Of a DNA stretch of 64,000 nucleotides, positions 28,066 to 38,184 are shown one piece after another. The DNA is taken from positions 28,176-92,175 of the forward strand of contig JBAXDL010000002.1 of assembly GCA_037140955.1 (NCBI GenBank). The letters are read 5' to 3'. Within the stretch, counting starts at the first letter, position 1; every line of letters starts with the position of its first letter. The notes below the pieces were generated by a model. The model made no database searches. It saw nothing but the letters and a program-made list of their open reading frames with translations, and was not told the origin of the DNA. This DNA comes from a bacterium (GTDB lineage: Bacteria > Patescibacteriota > Minisyncoccia > Moranbacterales > GWC2-37-73). The position numbers were made by a program, and so were the translations under genes.

Positions 28066-28602
28066 TTACTTTGATGACTTCTTACCCTCTTTTCTTCTTA
28101 CATGTTCTCCAACATATTTAAATCCTTTTCCCTTGTATGGCTCAACTGGCTTAAGTGCTCTGATGTTAGCAGCAAATTGACCAACACTGTGCTTGTCATT
28201 TCCACTTACACTCATAACATTTCCTTCAATCACAACCTCAAGATCATCTGGAACAGTAACCACGACTGGATGTGAAAATCCGAGTGCAAGAGTAATTGTC
28301 TTTCCTGCGATAGCCATACGGAAACCAACTCCATTCAATTCAAGTTGTTTTTTGAATCCGCTCACCACTCCTTCAATCATATTTTCAATCCTACGAGCTG
28401 TAGTACCCCAAAGAGCTGGAACATTTTTCCCTCTGCCTTCCTTTTCAACTGTGAATTCTTTTTCTCCAAATTTAATCGAAACATCAAGATGATGTTCAAA
28501 TTTAAGTGTGCCTTTTGGGCCAACAACGGTAACAACATTTTTATCTGTAGTCACGCTCACACCTTCAGGGATAGCTACGGGTTTTTTTCCAATTCTACTC
28601 AT
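28066..28602 (-). CDS. rplF: 50S ribosomal protein L6
   Basis: MSRIGKKP, PVEPYKGKG. Confidence 0.97.
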   Translation of the reverse strand: MSRIGKKPVAIPEGVSVTTDKNVVTVVGPKGTLKFEHHLDVSIKFGEKEFTVEKEGRGKNVPALWGTTARRIENMIEGVVSGFKKQLELNGVGFRMAIAGKTITLALGFSHPVVVTVPDDLEVVIEGNVMSVSGNDKHSVGQFAANIRALKPVEPYKGKGFKYVGEHVRRKEGKKSSK

Positions 28603-28608
28603 ATTATA

Positions 28609-28693
28609 TTAGTCAAAAGTCTTTCAAGTCTTTCAAGTCTTTCAAGCCAAAACATTTGCTTTATGGACTTTTTGACTTTCGACTTTATGGACT
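28609..28693. repeat. ~88-bp 9-mer hairpin element, copy 1
   Basis: TTAGTCAA(AAGTCTTTC)x3 ... CTTTATGGACTT..GACTTTCGACTTTATGGACT. Confidence 0.85.
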
Positions 28694-28706
28694 CGCTTAT
28701 TATTAT

Positions 28707-29111
28707 TTACCAAAGCTCACAAATTACCTCTCCACCTAGACCTAGTTTTCTTGCCTTATCTCCAGTCATCATACCTTGAGATGTTGAGATAATTGAGATA
28801 CCATATCCATTTTTGACACGCTTAATGTCAGTCTTTTTCACATAAATGCGCTGTCCTTGACGACTAACACGCTTAATTTCTCGAATTGCAGGATTTTTCT
28901 CAGTGTTTGAAACAACTTCATATTTCAAAACAATCTTAAGCACTGGAAAAGTTTCACCCATTTCTTTTTTCACAGATTCAATGAAATTTCTTTGCTCTAA
29001 AATTTTAGCAATAGACAGTTTCAATTTCGAAAAAGGCACTGACACTTCTTTGTGCTTTACCATCTGCGCATTTCGAATTCTTGTAAGCATGTCTGCTATT
29101 GGATCTAACAT
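28707..29111 (-). CDS. rpsH: 30S ribosomal protein S8
   Basis: DPIADMLTRIRNA, IISTSQG, GGEVIC. Confidence 0.97.
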   Translation of the reverse strand: MLDPIADMLTRIRNAQMVKHKEVSVPFSKLKLSIAKILEQRNFIESVKKEMGETFPVLKIVLKYEVVSNTEKNPAIREIKRVSRQGQRIYVKKTDIKRVKNGYGISIISTSQGMMTGDKARKLGLGGEVICELW

Positions 29112-29157
29112 ATTCTAATTCTTTATCCTAATTATAATTATAAACACTTAAACATTT

Positions 29158-29343
29158 TTACCAACTGCTCTTTGTTACTCCTGGCAATTCACCTCTGCTT
29201 GCCAATTCTCGAAAACAAATTCTGCAGATATCGTAGGCACGAAGATAGCCATGCTTACGACCACATCGCCAACAACGGCGCACAATCCTGGTTGAAAACT
29301 TAGGTGTCTTCTCTGCTCGAGCTTCTGTAGATGTTTTAGCCAT
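29158..29343 (-). CDS. rpsN: 30S ribosomal protein S14 (type Z, Zn-binding)
   Basis: [22 protein letters not shown]. Confidence 0.96.
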   Translation of the reverse strand: MAKTSTEARAEKTPKFSTRIVRRCWRCGRKHGYLRAYDICRICFRELASRGELPGVTKSSW

Positions 29344-29364
29344 ATAAATTCTTATATCAATTAT

Positions 29365-29922
29365 TTATTCGCTTTTTAGCGGAAATCCTAGTAATTTAAA
29401 CAATTCCAAACCTTCTTTTTGACTGTGTGCATTTGTTGAAACGGTAATTTGCATTCCGAATGGGTATCTAACTTTTTCTGGAGATATTTCTGGGAAAATA
29501 ACATGTTCTTTAAGTCCAATGTTCAAATTTCCACCAGTATCCACAGCTTTCCTATTTATTCCTTGGAAATCTCTAGTTCGTGGAAGAGTAGCGCTAACAA
29601 CTCTATCAATAAATTGCCACATTCTAGCTCCTCGCAAAGTAACTTTCACTCCAATTTCCATTCCTTCACGAATCTTAAATCCAGAAATAGCTTTCTTTGC
29701 TTTTGTTTTTACTGGTTTTTGACCAGTAATTGCAGTAAGCGCAGCAACAACTTCCTCGATCTTATCATTTTCCTTAACAATTTTTCCTATTCCGACATTA
29801 ACAACAACCTTCTGAATCCGAGGAACAGCCATGACGCTTTTATAGCTAAACTTTTGTTTCATTTCAGCTACAGCTATTTTGATGTATTTCTCTTTTGCTG
29901 GAGTTATATTCATACGATTCAC
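29365..29922 (-). CDS. rplE: 50S ribosomal protein L5
   Basis: ITGQKP, FKIREG, LPRTRDFQG, IFPEI. Confidence 0.97.
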   Translation of the reverse strand: MNRMNITPAKEKYIKIAVAEMKQKFSYKSVMAVPRIQKVVVNVGIGKIVKENDKIEEVVAALTAITGQKPVKTKAKKAISGFKIREGMEIGVKVTLRGARMWQFIDRVVSATLPRTRDFQGINRKAVDTGGNLNIGLKEHVIFPEISPEKVRYPFGMQITVSTNAHSQKEGLELFKLLGFPLKSE

Positions 29923-29951
29923 TTAAGACAAATAAATTAGAAAACAAATTA

Positions 29952-30257
29952 TTACATTTCCTTACCACATTTTTTACAAACTCTCACTTTTTTCTCATTA
30001 ACAGTGGCATATGAAACTCTGGTTGCTTTGCCACATGCTGGGCAAATAATCATAGCATTTGAAGCATCAAATGGTGCTGCAATCTCAACTCGTTGCCCTT
30101 GCTGTCCTTCTCTACGAGCTTTTTGGTGCTTGGTCACGATATTGATTTTTTCAACCACAATTTTTCCCTCGCTTGGCACAGTTCTAACAACTTTTCCTTG
30201 TTTTCCCTTGTCCTTGCCAGCTATTTTTTTTACGAGGTCTCCTTTTTTAATTCGCAT
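29952..30257 (-). CDS. rplX: 50S ribosomal protein L24
   Basis: IKKGDLV..IAGKDKGKQG KOW motif. Confidence 0.96.
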   Translation of the reverse strand: MRIKKGDLVKKIAGKDKGKQGKVVRTVPSEGKIVVEKINIVTKHQKARREGQQGQRVEIAAPFDASNAMIICPACGKATRVSYATVNEKKVRVCKKCGKEM

Positions 30258-30294
30258 ATATTTTAGTCAAAAGTCTTTTTACAGACCACAATTA

Positions 30295-30660
30295 TTATAA
30301 TACTTCAGGTGCCAATGAAACAATCTTAGAAAATCCTTTTTCACGCAATTCTCTTGCAATTGGTCCAAAGATACGAGTTCCCTTTGGCTCCTTGTCATTC
30401 AAAATAACAGCTGCGTTCTCATCAAATCGGATATATGAACCATCTTTTCTGCGAATAGCCTTTTTTGTTCTCACTACTACAGCTCTAACCTTGTCTCCTT
30501 TTTTAACCAAACCTCTAGGTTCAGATGACTTTACAGAGCAAACAATAATATCACCAACAGAAGCATATCGTCTGCGAGATCCACCAAGCACTTTAAAGCA
30601 CTCAATGATTTTTGCGCCTGAATTATCAGCTGCCTTCAATTTTGTTTCTGCTTGAATCAT
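30295..30660 (-). CDS. rplN: 50S ribosomal protein L14
   Basis: [30 protein letters not shown]. Confidence 0.98.
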   Translation of the reverse strand: MIQAETKLKAADNSGAKIIECFKVLGGSRRRYASVGDIIVCSVKSSEPRGLVKKGDKVRAVVVRTKKAIRRKDGSYIRFDENAAVILNDKEPKGTRIFGPIARELREKGFSKIVSLAPEVL

Positions 30661-30665
30661 ATATT

Positions 30666-30754
30666 TTAGTCAAAAGTCTATCAAGTCTATCAAGTCTATC
30701 AAGCAAATGCATTTCTGCTTTATGAACTTTATGGACTTTCGACTTTATGAACTG
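30666..30754. repeat. ~88-bp 9-mer hairpin element, copy 2
   Basis: TTAGTCAA(AAGTCTATC)x3 ... CTTTATGAACTTTATGGACTTTCGACTTTATGAACTG. Confidence 0.85.
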
Positions 30755-30761
30755 ATATTAT

Positions 30762-31004
30762 TTATGCTATTACTTTGTGACTCTTGTCCTTGCTAATTGG
30801 TTTACACTGTGAAAATTCAACCTTATCTCCTTTTTTGAACTTATTATCCTCATCATGAACTTTGTATTTCACAGTTGAGCGATATTTTTTAAGATATTTA
30901 GGATGAGTTTTAAGAGACTCAACAGCAACAACAATTGTTTTGTCCATTTTGTCACTAACAACTATTCCTTTTTTCTTAGCTACTTTTTTCATAGTATTTG
31001 TCAT
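30762..31004 (-). CDS. rpsQ: 30S ribosomal protein S17
   Basis: GIVVSDKMDKTIVV, HPKY, KPISKDK. Confidence 0.95.
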   Translation of the reverse strand: MTNTMKKVAKKKGIVVSDKMDKTIVVAVESLKTHPKYLKKYRSTVKYKVHDEDNKFKKGDKVEFSQCKPISKDKSHKVIA

Positions 31005-31032
31005 ATATCTTTTCAATGCCTTCTAAAAATAA

Positions 31033-31227
31033 TTACTTTTGAACGCTACGCTCAGTTAAGATAGTAAGCGCGCGAGCAATGTCAGTCTTAATTGCGCGAT
31101 ACTGCCTATGATTCTTCATCTGACGAGCAGCAATGTCGAATCTAAGCTTAACAGCTTGAGTTCTTTTTTCAGCGAGCATTTTTTTCAATTGCTCAATGTT
31201 CATATCTCTAATTTCCTGAATTTTCAT
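31033..31227 (-). CDS. rpmC: 50S ribosomal protein L29
   Basis: KLRF, DIARALTILTER; position between rplP and rpsQ. Confidence 0.92.
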   Translation of the reverse strand: MKIQEIRDMNIEQLKKMLAEKRTQAVKLRFDIAARQMKNHRQYRAIKTDIARALTILTERSVQK

Positions 31228-31232
31228 ATGCT

Positions 31233-31320
31233 TTAGTCAAAAGTCTTTCAAGTCTTTCAAGTCTTTCAAGCCGATGCATTTCTGCTTTATGGACTTTATG
31301 ACTTTCAACTTTATGGACTG
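31233..31320. repeat. ~88-bp 9-mer hairpin element, copy 3
   Basis: TTAGTCAA(AAGTCTTTC)x3 ... CTTTATGGACTTTATGACTTTCAACTTTATGGACTG. Confidence 0.85.
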
Positions 31321-31329
31321 CAATTATTC

Positions 31330-31743
31330 TTATTTTTCCTTAACTACAAACTTTGTCTTGATGTTTAGCTTATGTGAAGCTAGTCTCATTGCCTCCTTGG
31401 CAATTGCCTCAGTGATGCCATCCATTTCAAACAAAACTCTTCCTTGCTTAGTTTTTGCCACAAAGTGATCAACACTTCCCTTTCCTTTACCCATGGGAGT
31501 CTCATCACCTTTTTTGGTCATCGGCTTATCTGGAAAAATTCTGATCCAAATTTTACCACCGCGCTTAACGTATCTTGTCATTGCTCTACGAGCAGCTTCG
31601 ATTTGTCTTGCTGAGATTAATCCTGAAGTCATGGCCTTAAGACCAAAGCTACCAAAACTAACTGTGTTGCCAGTCTGAGCAACTCCACGGATTTCTCCGC
31701 CTCGGTGAATCTTCCTATGTTTAACTTTTTTCGGCATCAACAT
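31330..31743 (-). CDS. rplP: 50S ribosomal protein L16
   Basis: [26 protein letters not shown]. Confidence 0.97.
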   Translation of the reverse strand: MLMPKKVKHRKIHRGGEIRGVAQTGNTVSFGSFGLKAMTSGLISARQIEAARRAMTRYVKRGGKIWIRIFPDKPMTKKGDETPMGKGKGSVDHFVAKTKQGRVLFEMDGITEAIAKEAMRLASHKLNIKTKFVVKEK

Positions 31744-31813
31744 ATGCGTATCTTTTAATTCAAAATGTAAACTTTGATTTATTTGTTATTACTAGGCAGG
31801 CGATGACAGCAAT

Positions 31814-32461
31814 TTATTCTTTATTGAAAACTTCTCCCTTATAAAGCCAAGTCTTAACTCCAATTGCTCCATAGGTTGTAAAAGCTGTTGCTTTTGAGAA
31901 ATCAATATCAGCTCTAAGTGTGTGAAGTGGAACTGTTCCTCTTGAAAGCCATTCTCTTCTTGACATCTCAGCTCCTCCAAGTCTTCCAGAAACTTCAATT
32001 TTCACACCTTTGATATTCTTGTTCTTCTCAACTTGGTCCAACATTGATTTGAGAATTCTTCGAAATGGCACACGCTTTTCAAGTTGTTCAGCAACATTTT
32101 GAGCAACCAATGAGGCATTCTCTTCAAATTGTCGAACTTCTTGCGCCTCAATCTTAAGATCAACTTTCTTGCCAGCAAAGAATTTCTTCTTAATAACAGT
32201 ACTCATGTCACCAATACCAGTTCCACCCCTTCCAATCAATACTCCAGGACGAGATGTTTTGATAATCAATTTCAAGGTATTAGCATTTCTTTCAATTTCA
32301 ACATCAGCAATTGCTGCAGATTTCCACTTTTTCATTACAAACTCTCGAACTTGAACATCTTCCTTGAGTTTCTTCGTATAATCTTTGCCAGCAAACCACC
32401 TTGATTTCCATGTTGAGGTTATTCCTAGGCGCAGCCCTGTTGGATTGACTTTATGTCCCAT
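31814..32461 (-). CDS. rpsC: 30S ribosomal protein S3
   Basis: MGHKVNPTGLRLG, SGRLGGAEM, VPLHTLRADID. Confidence 0.98.
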   Translation of the reverse strand: MGHKVNPTGLRLGITSTWKSRWFAGKDYTKKLKEDVQVREFVMKKWKSAAIADVEIERNANTLKLIIKTSRPGVLIGRGGTGIGDMSTVIKKKFFAGKKVDLKIEAQEVRQFEENASLVAQNVAEQLEKRVPFRRILKSMLDQVEKNKNIKGVKIEVSGRLGGAEMSRREWLSRGTVPLHTLRADIDFSKATAFTTYGAIGVKTWLYKGEVFNKE

Positions 32462-32530
32462 AATTTTATAAATCTCTAATTAACTGTATTTTTTATCACT
32501 TATTATTTTTAAACTTCTCTTTTGTCGAAT

Positions 32531-33100
32531 TTATGCTCCTGATTTTCTTTGAAAAACTTTTTTCAAAAATCCATTGTCTTGTCCTTTCTTAACAGTTTCT
32601 TTCTTGGCTGTAGTTTTTTTGACTGTAGCCTTTTCAACAACTGCATCTTGAATTTTTTCTTCCTTTTCAATCTCTTCCATTTCTTGCTTGATCATCTTTG
32701 CTCGAGCTGCCTCTCTTTCTGCGCGTTGTTTTTCCAATTCTTGTTTGGTTTTCTTGTTTTTTCCTTCAACTCTTTCTTCCAATTCCAGTTTGATATGAGA
32801 TGTTCGCTTCAAAAGCAATGTCGCTCTTCCTTGAGCTCTTGGTAGCCATCTTTTAAGCTTAGCACCTTCACCAACAAGAATACTACTTACAAACATGTTG
32901 TCTTTATCTAAACCAAAATTATTTTCAGCATTAGAAAGTGCGCTGTTTAATAATTTTTCCATTGGCTCGCTGGTCTTTTTAACAAGATGTTGCAGTTGAA
33001 CAAGCGCTGAACTTGCATTCATACCGACAATACTGTTTGTTACCAAGCGAACTTTTCTTGGAGATGTTCTTAAATTGTTGAGTGATGCTATTACTTTCAT
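32531..33100 (-). CDS. rplV: 50S ribosomal protein L22 with C-terminal extension
   Basis: SPRKVRLV, LKRWLPRAQGRA, KRTSHI. Confidence 0.96.
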   Translation of the reverse strand: MKVIASLNNLRTSPRKVRLVTNSIVGMNASSALVQLQHLVKKTSEPMEKLLNSALSNAENNFGLDKDNMFVSSILVGEGAKLKRWLPRAQGRATLLLKRTSHIKLELEERVEGKNKKTKQELEKQRAEREAARAKMIKQEMEEIEKEEKIQDAVVEKATVKKTTAKKETVKKGQDNGFLKKVFQRKSGA

Positions 33101-33130
33101 ATATTATTCAAATTTACAGACTTGCAATTA

Positions 33131-33475
33131 TTATTTTTTCTTCTTTCCTGCTGGTTCAGCTTTTGCTGCCTTCAAAGCGTCTTGTTGTTTCTGCTTTGCA
33201 GCCTGCTCCATTTCTTTTTGCATCTTACCACCATGTCTTGTGAATTTACGTGTTGGTGAGAATTCTCCAAGTCTATGTCCAACCATTTCTTCAGTAACAT
33301 AAACTGCAGTGTGCTCTCTTCCATTGTGAACTCCGAAAGTAAATCCGATCATTTCAGGTGCAATTGTGCAAGCCCTGGACCAAGTCTTTATTGTTCCTTC
33401 GCCTGGTTTTGCATTAACAACCTTTTTCATTACTCGCGGATCAACATATGGCCCTTTTTTTAAACTTCTTGACAT
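33131..33475 (-). CDS. rpsS: 30S ribosomal protein S19
   Basis: [27 protein letters not shown]. Confidence 0.98.
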   Translation of the reverse strand: MSRSLKKGPYVDPRVMKKVVNAKPGEGTIKTWSRACTIAPEMIGFTFGVHNGREHTAVYVTEEMVGHRLGEFSPTRKFTRHGGKMQKEMEQAAKQKQQDALKAAKAEPAGKKKK

Positions 33476-33535
33476 AATTTTCTTTAATTAGTTTATTAAT
33501 TCCTTAGTCTTTTCGGAGCTAAGAAACCATTTTAA

Positions 33536-34366
33536 CTATTTCTTAATTCTTCGTTTTACAATAAATTTGTCGCTATATCGGTTCTTCTTTCTTGTCTTCT
33601 TTCCAAGAGCAGGTTTACCCCAAGGAGTTTTTGGATACTTAAGTCCAATTCCTTGTTTTCCTTCTCCTCCTCCGTGTGGATGATCAACAGGATTCATCGC
33701 AGATCCACGAACTTCTGGTCTCTTTCCTTTCCATCTGTTTCTTCCAGCCTTACCAAGAGTTTCACTACTATGTTCGAAGTTACTTACTCTTCCAATTGTA
33801 GCATAACATTCCTTACTTACAATTCTAATTTCACCAGATGACATTTTTAGTTGTGCCATTTTTTCATCAATAGCCATCAAAGTTGCTCCACTTCCAGCAC
33901 TTCTAGTGATCTGACCACCTTTTCCAGCAATCAACTCAATGTTTGAAATAATAGTTCCTGATGGAATATTTCTAAGCACTGTTCTGTTCCCTTTTTTGAT
34001 TGGAGCATCAACTCCTGTCATAATTTCCATTCCAGCCTTCATTCCCTCAGTAGCCAAAACATATTTCTTGTCTCCATCAATATATGAAACAAGAGCAATC
34101 AAAGCGCTTCTGTTTGGATCTTTTTCAATTGAAACAATACGTCCCAAAATTCCAAATTTTTGCTGCTTAAAATCAACCAAGCGATATCGTCTCTTGTGTC
34201 CACCTCCTTGATGACGAGTAGAAATCTTTCCATGTGATCGCCCAGCTTTCTGAGTCATCGGTGCAAGCAAAGACTTCTCAGGTTTTCGGTCTGTCAAGTT
34301 ATCAGGTTTTACAATTGACATATTTCGTCTGCCAGCTGTATTTTTTTTGTATACTTTAATTGCCAT
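33536..34366 (-). CDS. rplB: 50S ribosomal protein L2
   Basis: GGGHKRRYR, DPNRS, AMNPVDHPHGGGEG. Confidence 0.98.
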   Translation of the reverse strand: MAIKVYKKNTAGRRNMSIVKPDNLTDRKPEKSLLAPMTQKAGRSHGKISTRHQGGGHKRRYRLVDFKQQKFGILGRIVSIEKDPNRSALIALVSYIDGDKKYVLATEGMKAGMEIMTGVDAPIKKGNRTVLRNIPSGTIISNIELIAGKGGQITRSAGSGATLMAIDEKMAQLKMSSGEIRIVSKECYATIGRVSNFEHSSETLGKAGRNRWKGKRPEVRGSAMNPVDHPHGGGEGKQGIGLKYPKTPWGKPALGKKTRKKNRYSDKFIVKRRIKK

Positions 34367-34404
34367 AATATTCTCTTACCTAAAATTTCAAATTATTGTA
34401 TTTA

Positions 34405-34806
34405 CTATACTGCTTGGAATAATTCAATCTTGCTTCCTTCTTTCAATGTCACTGTGGCTTTTTTGAAACCAGACTTAACGCCCATGTGTCTTCCATAAGC
34501 CTTTTTCTTTGGCTTAATGTTAACAACTGTTATCTTTGAAACTGCCACACCATATGTTCCTTCAATTGCTAGTTTTACTTGTTTTTTGGTTGAGCTCTTT
34601 ACTACCTTGAAAGTATATTTGTTGTCAGCAATTGCCTTGTGAGTTTTTTCAGTAATCCATGGTTCAATCAGTACGCGATATGCAACCTCAGCATTTTTTG
34701 CCACTGCAATAACCTCTTTCTTTGGAGCAGAAACCTTTTTAGTTGCTTTTGCAACAACTGATTTTGCTTTAGAAACTAATTCTTTTTTCTCTTCAATTAC
34801 TGCCAT
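34405..34806 (-). CDS. rplW: 50S ribosomal protein L23 with N-terminal extension
   Basis: PWITEK, YTFKV, KKATVTL. Confidence 0.94.
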   Translation of the reverse strand: MAVIEEKKELVSKAKSVVAKATKKVSAPKKEVIAVAKNAEVAYRVLIEPWITEKTHKAIADNKYTFKVVKSSTKKQVKLAIEGTYGVAVSKITVVNIKPKKKAYGRHMGVKSGFKKATVTLKEGSKIELFQAV

Positions 34807-34856
34807 ATACTTTTTTTTATCCTAATTATTTCGTAATATTTATCCTAATATCAAAT

Positions 34857-35501
34857 TTATTCAACAACTTTCTTGTCTCCAAATTTTTCCTCCAAAAATT
34901 CGATTGAAGACTTGCTCAAAAGTAAGAACTTGTTATTAAGCAAATCCATTACATTCAAATCCTTTGTCATAATGTTCAAAGTATTTTTGAGGTTTCGACT
35001 GATCAATGATGTTTCCTTTTCATTTTCAGAAAGAGAAACCAAAATTTTTCCAGAAATTTTCAAATTCTTCAAAATTTGTTCAAATTCTTTAGTTTTAGCC
35101 TTAGCTACAACCAAAGAGTCAATCGCGATCAATGTTCCAGAGCGAAGTTTTTCAGAAATTGCAATCACTACAGCCTTTTGCTTCATTTTTTTGTTCAAGT
35201 CTCTTTTGAAATTTCTTTCATTTGTTGGACCAAAAGCAACACCTCCACCTCGCATCACAGGATTTCTTTTTTGTCCTTGTCGAGCTGATCCAGTTCCTTT
35301 TTGCTTGAATGGCTTCTTTCCTGATCCTGCAACTTCACTTTTATCCTTAGTGTGAGCAATTGGATTTCTTTGATTTCCAGCCATCACCATAAAAACCTGA
35401 TGCAGCAATTCATTGTTTGCCTTTGCACCAAAAACAGCATCTGAGATCTTCAGGTCCTCGATTTTTTTTCCTTCTTGATTGTGAATAGCAATTGTAGCCA
35501 T
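34857..35501 (-). CDS. rplD: 50S ribosomal protein L4
   Basis: KPFKQKGTGSARQG, GGGVAFGP. Confidence 0.97.
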   Translation of the reverse strand: MATIAIHNQEGKKIEDLKISDAVFGAKANNELLHQVFMVMAGNQRNPIAHTKDKSEVAGSGKKPFKQKGTGSARQGQKRNPVMRGGGVAFGPTNERNFKRDLNKKMKQKAVVIAISEKLRSGTLIAIDSLVVAKAKTKEFEQILKNLKISGKILVSLSENEKETSLISRNLKNTLNIMTKDLNVMDLLNNKFLLLSKSSIEFLEEKFGDKKVVE

Positions 35502-35560
35502 AGTATTTCTAATATCTAATATCTAATTTTTTACTTCAATTCTGACTCTTGGGGATGAAA

Positions 35561-36127
35561 TTATCCTCTTAGTTCAACAATTCTACCAACTACACCAGGA
35601 ACAGCTCCCAAAACTCCCATAATATTTCTTTGTGCGTCGATGTATACAACCTTAATTCCCTTTGTTGTTGATCTTTTTCCACCCATGCGTCCAGCCATTC
35701 TTTTTCCTTTAATAACATGTTGTGGTTGCTGAGCTCCAATTGAACCTGGCGCTCTGTGATCATGCTTATGTCCATGAGTTGCAGGAGAACCAGCAAATCC
35801 GTGTCTTTTTACAACACCTTGAAATCCTTTTCCTTTGGCTATTCCACTAATTTGAACTTCATCACCTATTACAAAGCTTTCGATGCTAACTTTGTCACCA
35901 ACAGCTACTGTTGGATCAGTGTCCAAACGAAATTCTTTACGATGAGTAACCTTCTTGGTCTTGGCAAGTTCCAATTGAACAGCGCAGTATCCATTCTTTT
36001 CTTGAGTTCTTACAACTGAGACAACGTTTTCAGGGCATTCAATCAAAGTCACGTTCAAAGCACCAGCTGCTTGATCATACAGCGTTGTCATTCCCAATTT
36101 TTTCCCTAGAATATATTTTATATACAT
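35561..36127 (-). CDS. rplC: 50S ribosomal protein L3
   Basis: GKKLGMT, KGKGFQGVVKRHGF, RAPGSIG, MAGRMG. Confidence 0.97.
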   Translation of the reverse strand: MYIKYILGKKLGMTTLYDQAAGALNVTLIECPENVVSVVRTQEKNGYCAVQLELAKTKKVTHRKEFRLDTDPTVAVGDKVSIESFVIGDEVQISGIAKGKGFQGVVKRHGFAGSPATHGHKHDHRAPGSIGAQQPQHVIKGKRMAGRMGGKRSTTKGIKVVYIDAQRNIMGVLGAVPGVVGRIVELRG

Positions 36128-36155
36128 ATTGTTCTTAAATAAAGCGTTTCTTGAT

Positions 36156-36235
36156 AAAAAAAATCTGGCCTCTCAGCCAGCACAACCCAAGATTTCTCTT
36201 GTATTGGCTAGTTGAGTATCCCAATTTACTGAGAC
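36156..36235 (-). promoter_or_regulatory. Putative structured leader/attenuator between rpsJ and rplC
   Basis: Minus strand CUCAACUAGC..GCUGGCUGAG long stem, then GGCCAGA and a U8 run. Confidence 0.45.
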
Positions 36236-36309
36236 TTTAACTAGTATTTTTCTGTTTTTCTAACTTATCTATATTAAACTATTTCTCAAAATAATGCAAG
36301 TCCTCCAAT

Positions 36310-36642
36310 CTACATCTTTATTTCCACATCAACACCTGCTGGCAAATCAAGACTTGTTAGGTTTTCAATCGTTTTTGGAGTTGGATCCCAAATATCAATC
36401 AAACGTTTGTGAATTCGCATTTCATATTGATCACGAGCATCCTTGTATACAAATGTTGATTTGTTTACTGTTACTTTGTGAATCTCAGTTGGAAGTGGAA
36501 CTGGACCAGTAAATTTTGAGCCACTACGTTCGACAGTTTCAGCAATCTTGCGTGCTGATTGATCAATGACCTTGCTGTCATACGCCTTAATTTTGATCCT
36601 GATTCTTGTAGCTTGTTCGTCTTGATTTTTTTTCGCAGCCAT
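36310..36642 (-). CDS. rpsJ: 30S ribosomal protein S10
   Basis: [32 protein letters not shown]; start trimmed to MAAKK. Confidence 0.96.
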   Translation of the reverse strand: MAAKKNQDEQATRIRIKIKAYDSKVIDQSARKIAETVERSGSKFTGPVPLPTEIHKVTVNKSTFVYKDARDQYEMRIHKRLIDIWDPTPKTIENLTSLDLPAGVDVEIKM

Positions 36643-36746
36643 CTGATTCTTGTATAATAAACGATTTAAATTACAATCTAAAGTTTTGTTCAGGTGAACA
36701 CTGGCAGACACAAGGATTAACTCGTGTCTGCTAAGTAAATCTGAAA

Positions 36747-37940
36747 CTATTTGATAATCTTTGTTGCAACTCCAGCACCAACAGTCTTTCCACCTTCGCG
36801 AATAGCAAAGCGCATTCCTTCTTGCATAGCTACTGGGGCAATCAACTTAATAACCAAGTTAATTGTATCTCCAGGCATAACCATTTCAGTTCCTTCTGGA
36901 AGCACAACTTCACCAGTAACATCAGTTGTTCGGATGTAAAATTGTGGTTTGTATCCTTTGAAGAATGGAGTGTGACGTCCGCCTTCTTCTTTGGTCAAAA
37001 TATAAATTTCACCTTCAAATTCTGTATGAGGAGTGATTGAACCAATCTTAGCCAAAACTTGTCCGCGTTCAACATCTTCCTTTTTGATTCCACGAATCAA
37101 AAGTCCAGCATTGTCTCCAGCTTGTCCTGAATCAAGTGATTTGTTGAACATTTCGATTCCAGTAACTGTAGTTTTTGCTGTTGGACGAAGACCAACAATT
37201 TCAACTTCTTCATTGATTTTGATTGTTCCTGATTCAATTCTTCCTGTTACCACTGTTCCACGACCTTCAATTGAGAAGATATCTTCAATAGGCATAAGGA
37301 ATGGTTTTTCTGTTTCACGAACAGGTTCAGGGATTTGAGCATCAAGTGCAGCCATAAGGTCATAGATTGGCTTCACAGCAGCATCATCAATTGAAGTAGC
37401 AGCCAAAGCTTGCGTTGCTGATCCTTTGATCACAGCAGCATTGTCTCCATCGAATTCATATTTTGAAAGAAGTTCACGAACTTCAGCCTCAACCAATTCA
37501 ATAAGCTCTTCATCATCAACCATATCAACCTTGTTAATAAAAACAACGATTGCAGGCACACCGATTTGTTTTGCAAGCAAGATGTGTTCACGTGTCTGAG
37601 GCATAGGGCCATCAGTTGCAGAAACAACCAAGATTGCTCCATCCATTTGAGCTGCACCAGTAATCATGTTTTTGATGTAGTCAGCATGACCTGGACAATC
37701 AACATGAGCGTAGTGACGAATGTCTGATTCATATTCACAATGTGAAGTAGCAATTGTAATTCCACGCTCTCTTTCTTCTGGAGCATTGTCAATTTCACCA
37801 ACTCCTCTTTCCTTTGCCATTCCTTTCAAAGACTGACCATGCAAAATAGCCGCGGTAAGAGTTGTCTTGCCGTGGTCAACGTGTCCGATTGTTCCAACGT
37901 TTACATGTGGTTTTGTTCTTTCAAACTTTGCTACTGCCAT
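36747..37940 (-). CDS. tuf: Elongation factor Tu
   Basis: [31 protein letters not shown]. Confidence 0.99.
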   Translation of the reverse strand: MAVAKFERTKPHVNVGTIGHVDHGKTTLTAAILHGQSLKGMAKERGVGEIDNAPEERERGITIATSHCEYESDIRHYAHVDCPGHADYIKNMITGAAQMDGAILVVSATDGPMPQTREHILLAKQIGVPAIVVFINKVDMVDDEELIELVEAEVRELLSKYEFDGDNAAVIKGSATQALAATSIDDAAVKPIYDLMAALDAQIPEPVRETEKPFLMPIEDIFSIEGRGTVVTGRIESGTIKINEEVEIVGLRPTAKTTVTGIEMFNKSLDSGQAGDNAGLLIRGIKKEDVERGQVLAKIGSITPHTEFEGEIYILTKEEGGRHTPFFKGYKPQFYIRTTDVTGEVVLPEGTEMVMPGDTINLVIKLIAPVAMQEGMRFAIREGGKTVGAGVATKIIK

Positions 37941-38184
37941 AGTTTTTTTCTCGCTACTCTCTTTGAGCTGTTTTTTTGCTCAAAAGCGCGATTGTTTAAA
38001 GCTGATTTATTATTTATCTTATCACAAATTTACTCCAAAAAGTAAATTCAAAAATTCCTTTATTGGAAAATTAGATACTTAATTATTTTACACGAATTAA
38101 AAATACTGTCAAGAGCTTGAATAAGCTTTTTAGGCATTAGCTTCTTAACTTTTAGTTCTCTACTATTTTTGGCTTAAATAATGG

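Noticed and set aside
28609-31320. CRISPR array from the 9-mer repeats
   Set aside because: Units are 9 bp, contiguous and have no spacers; no cas genes in the window.
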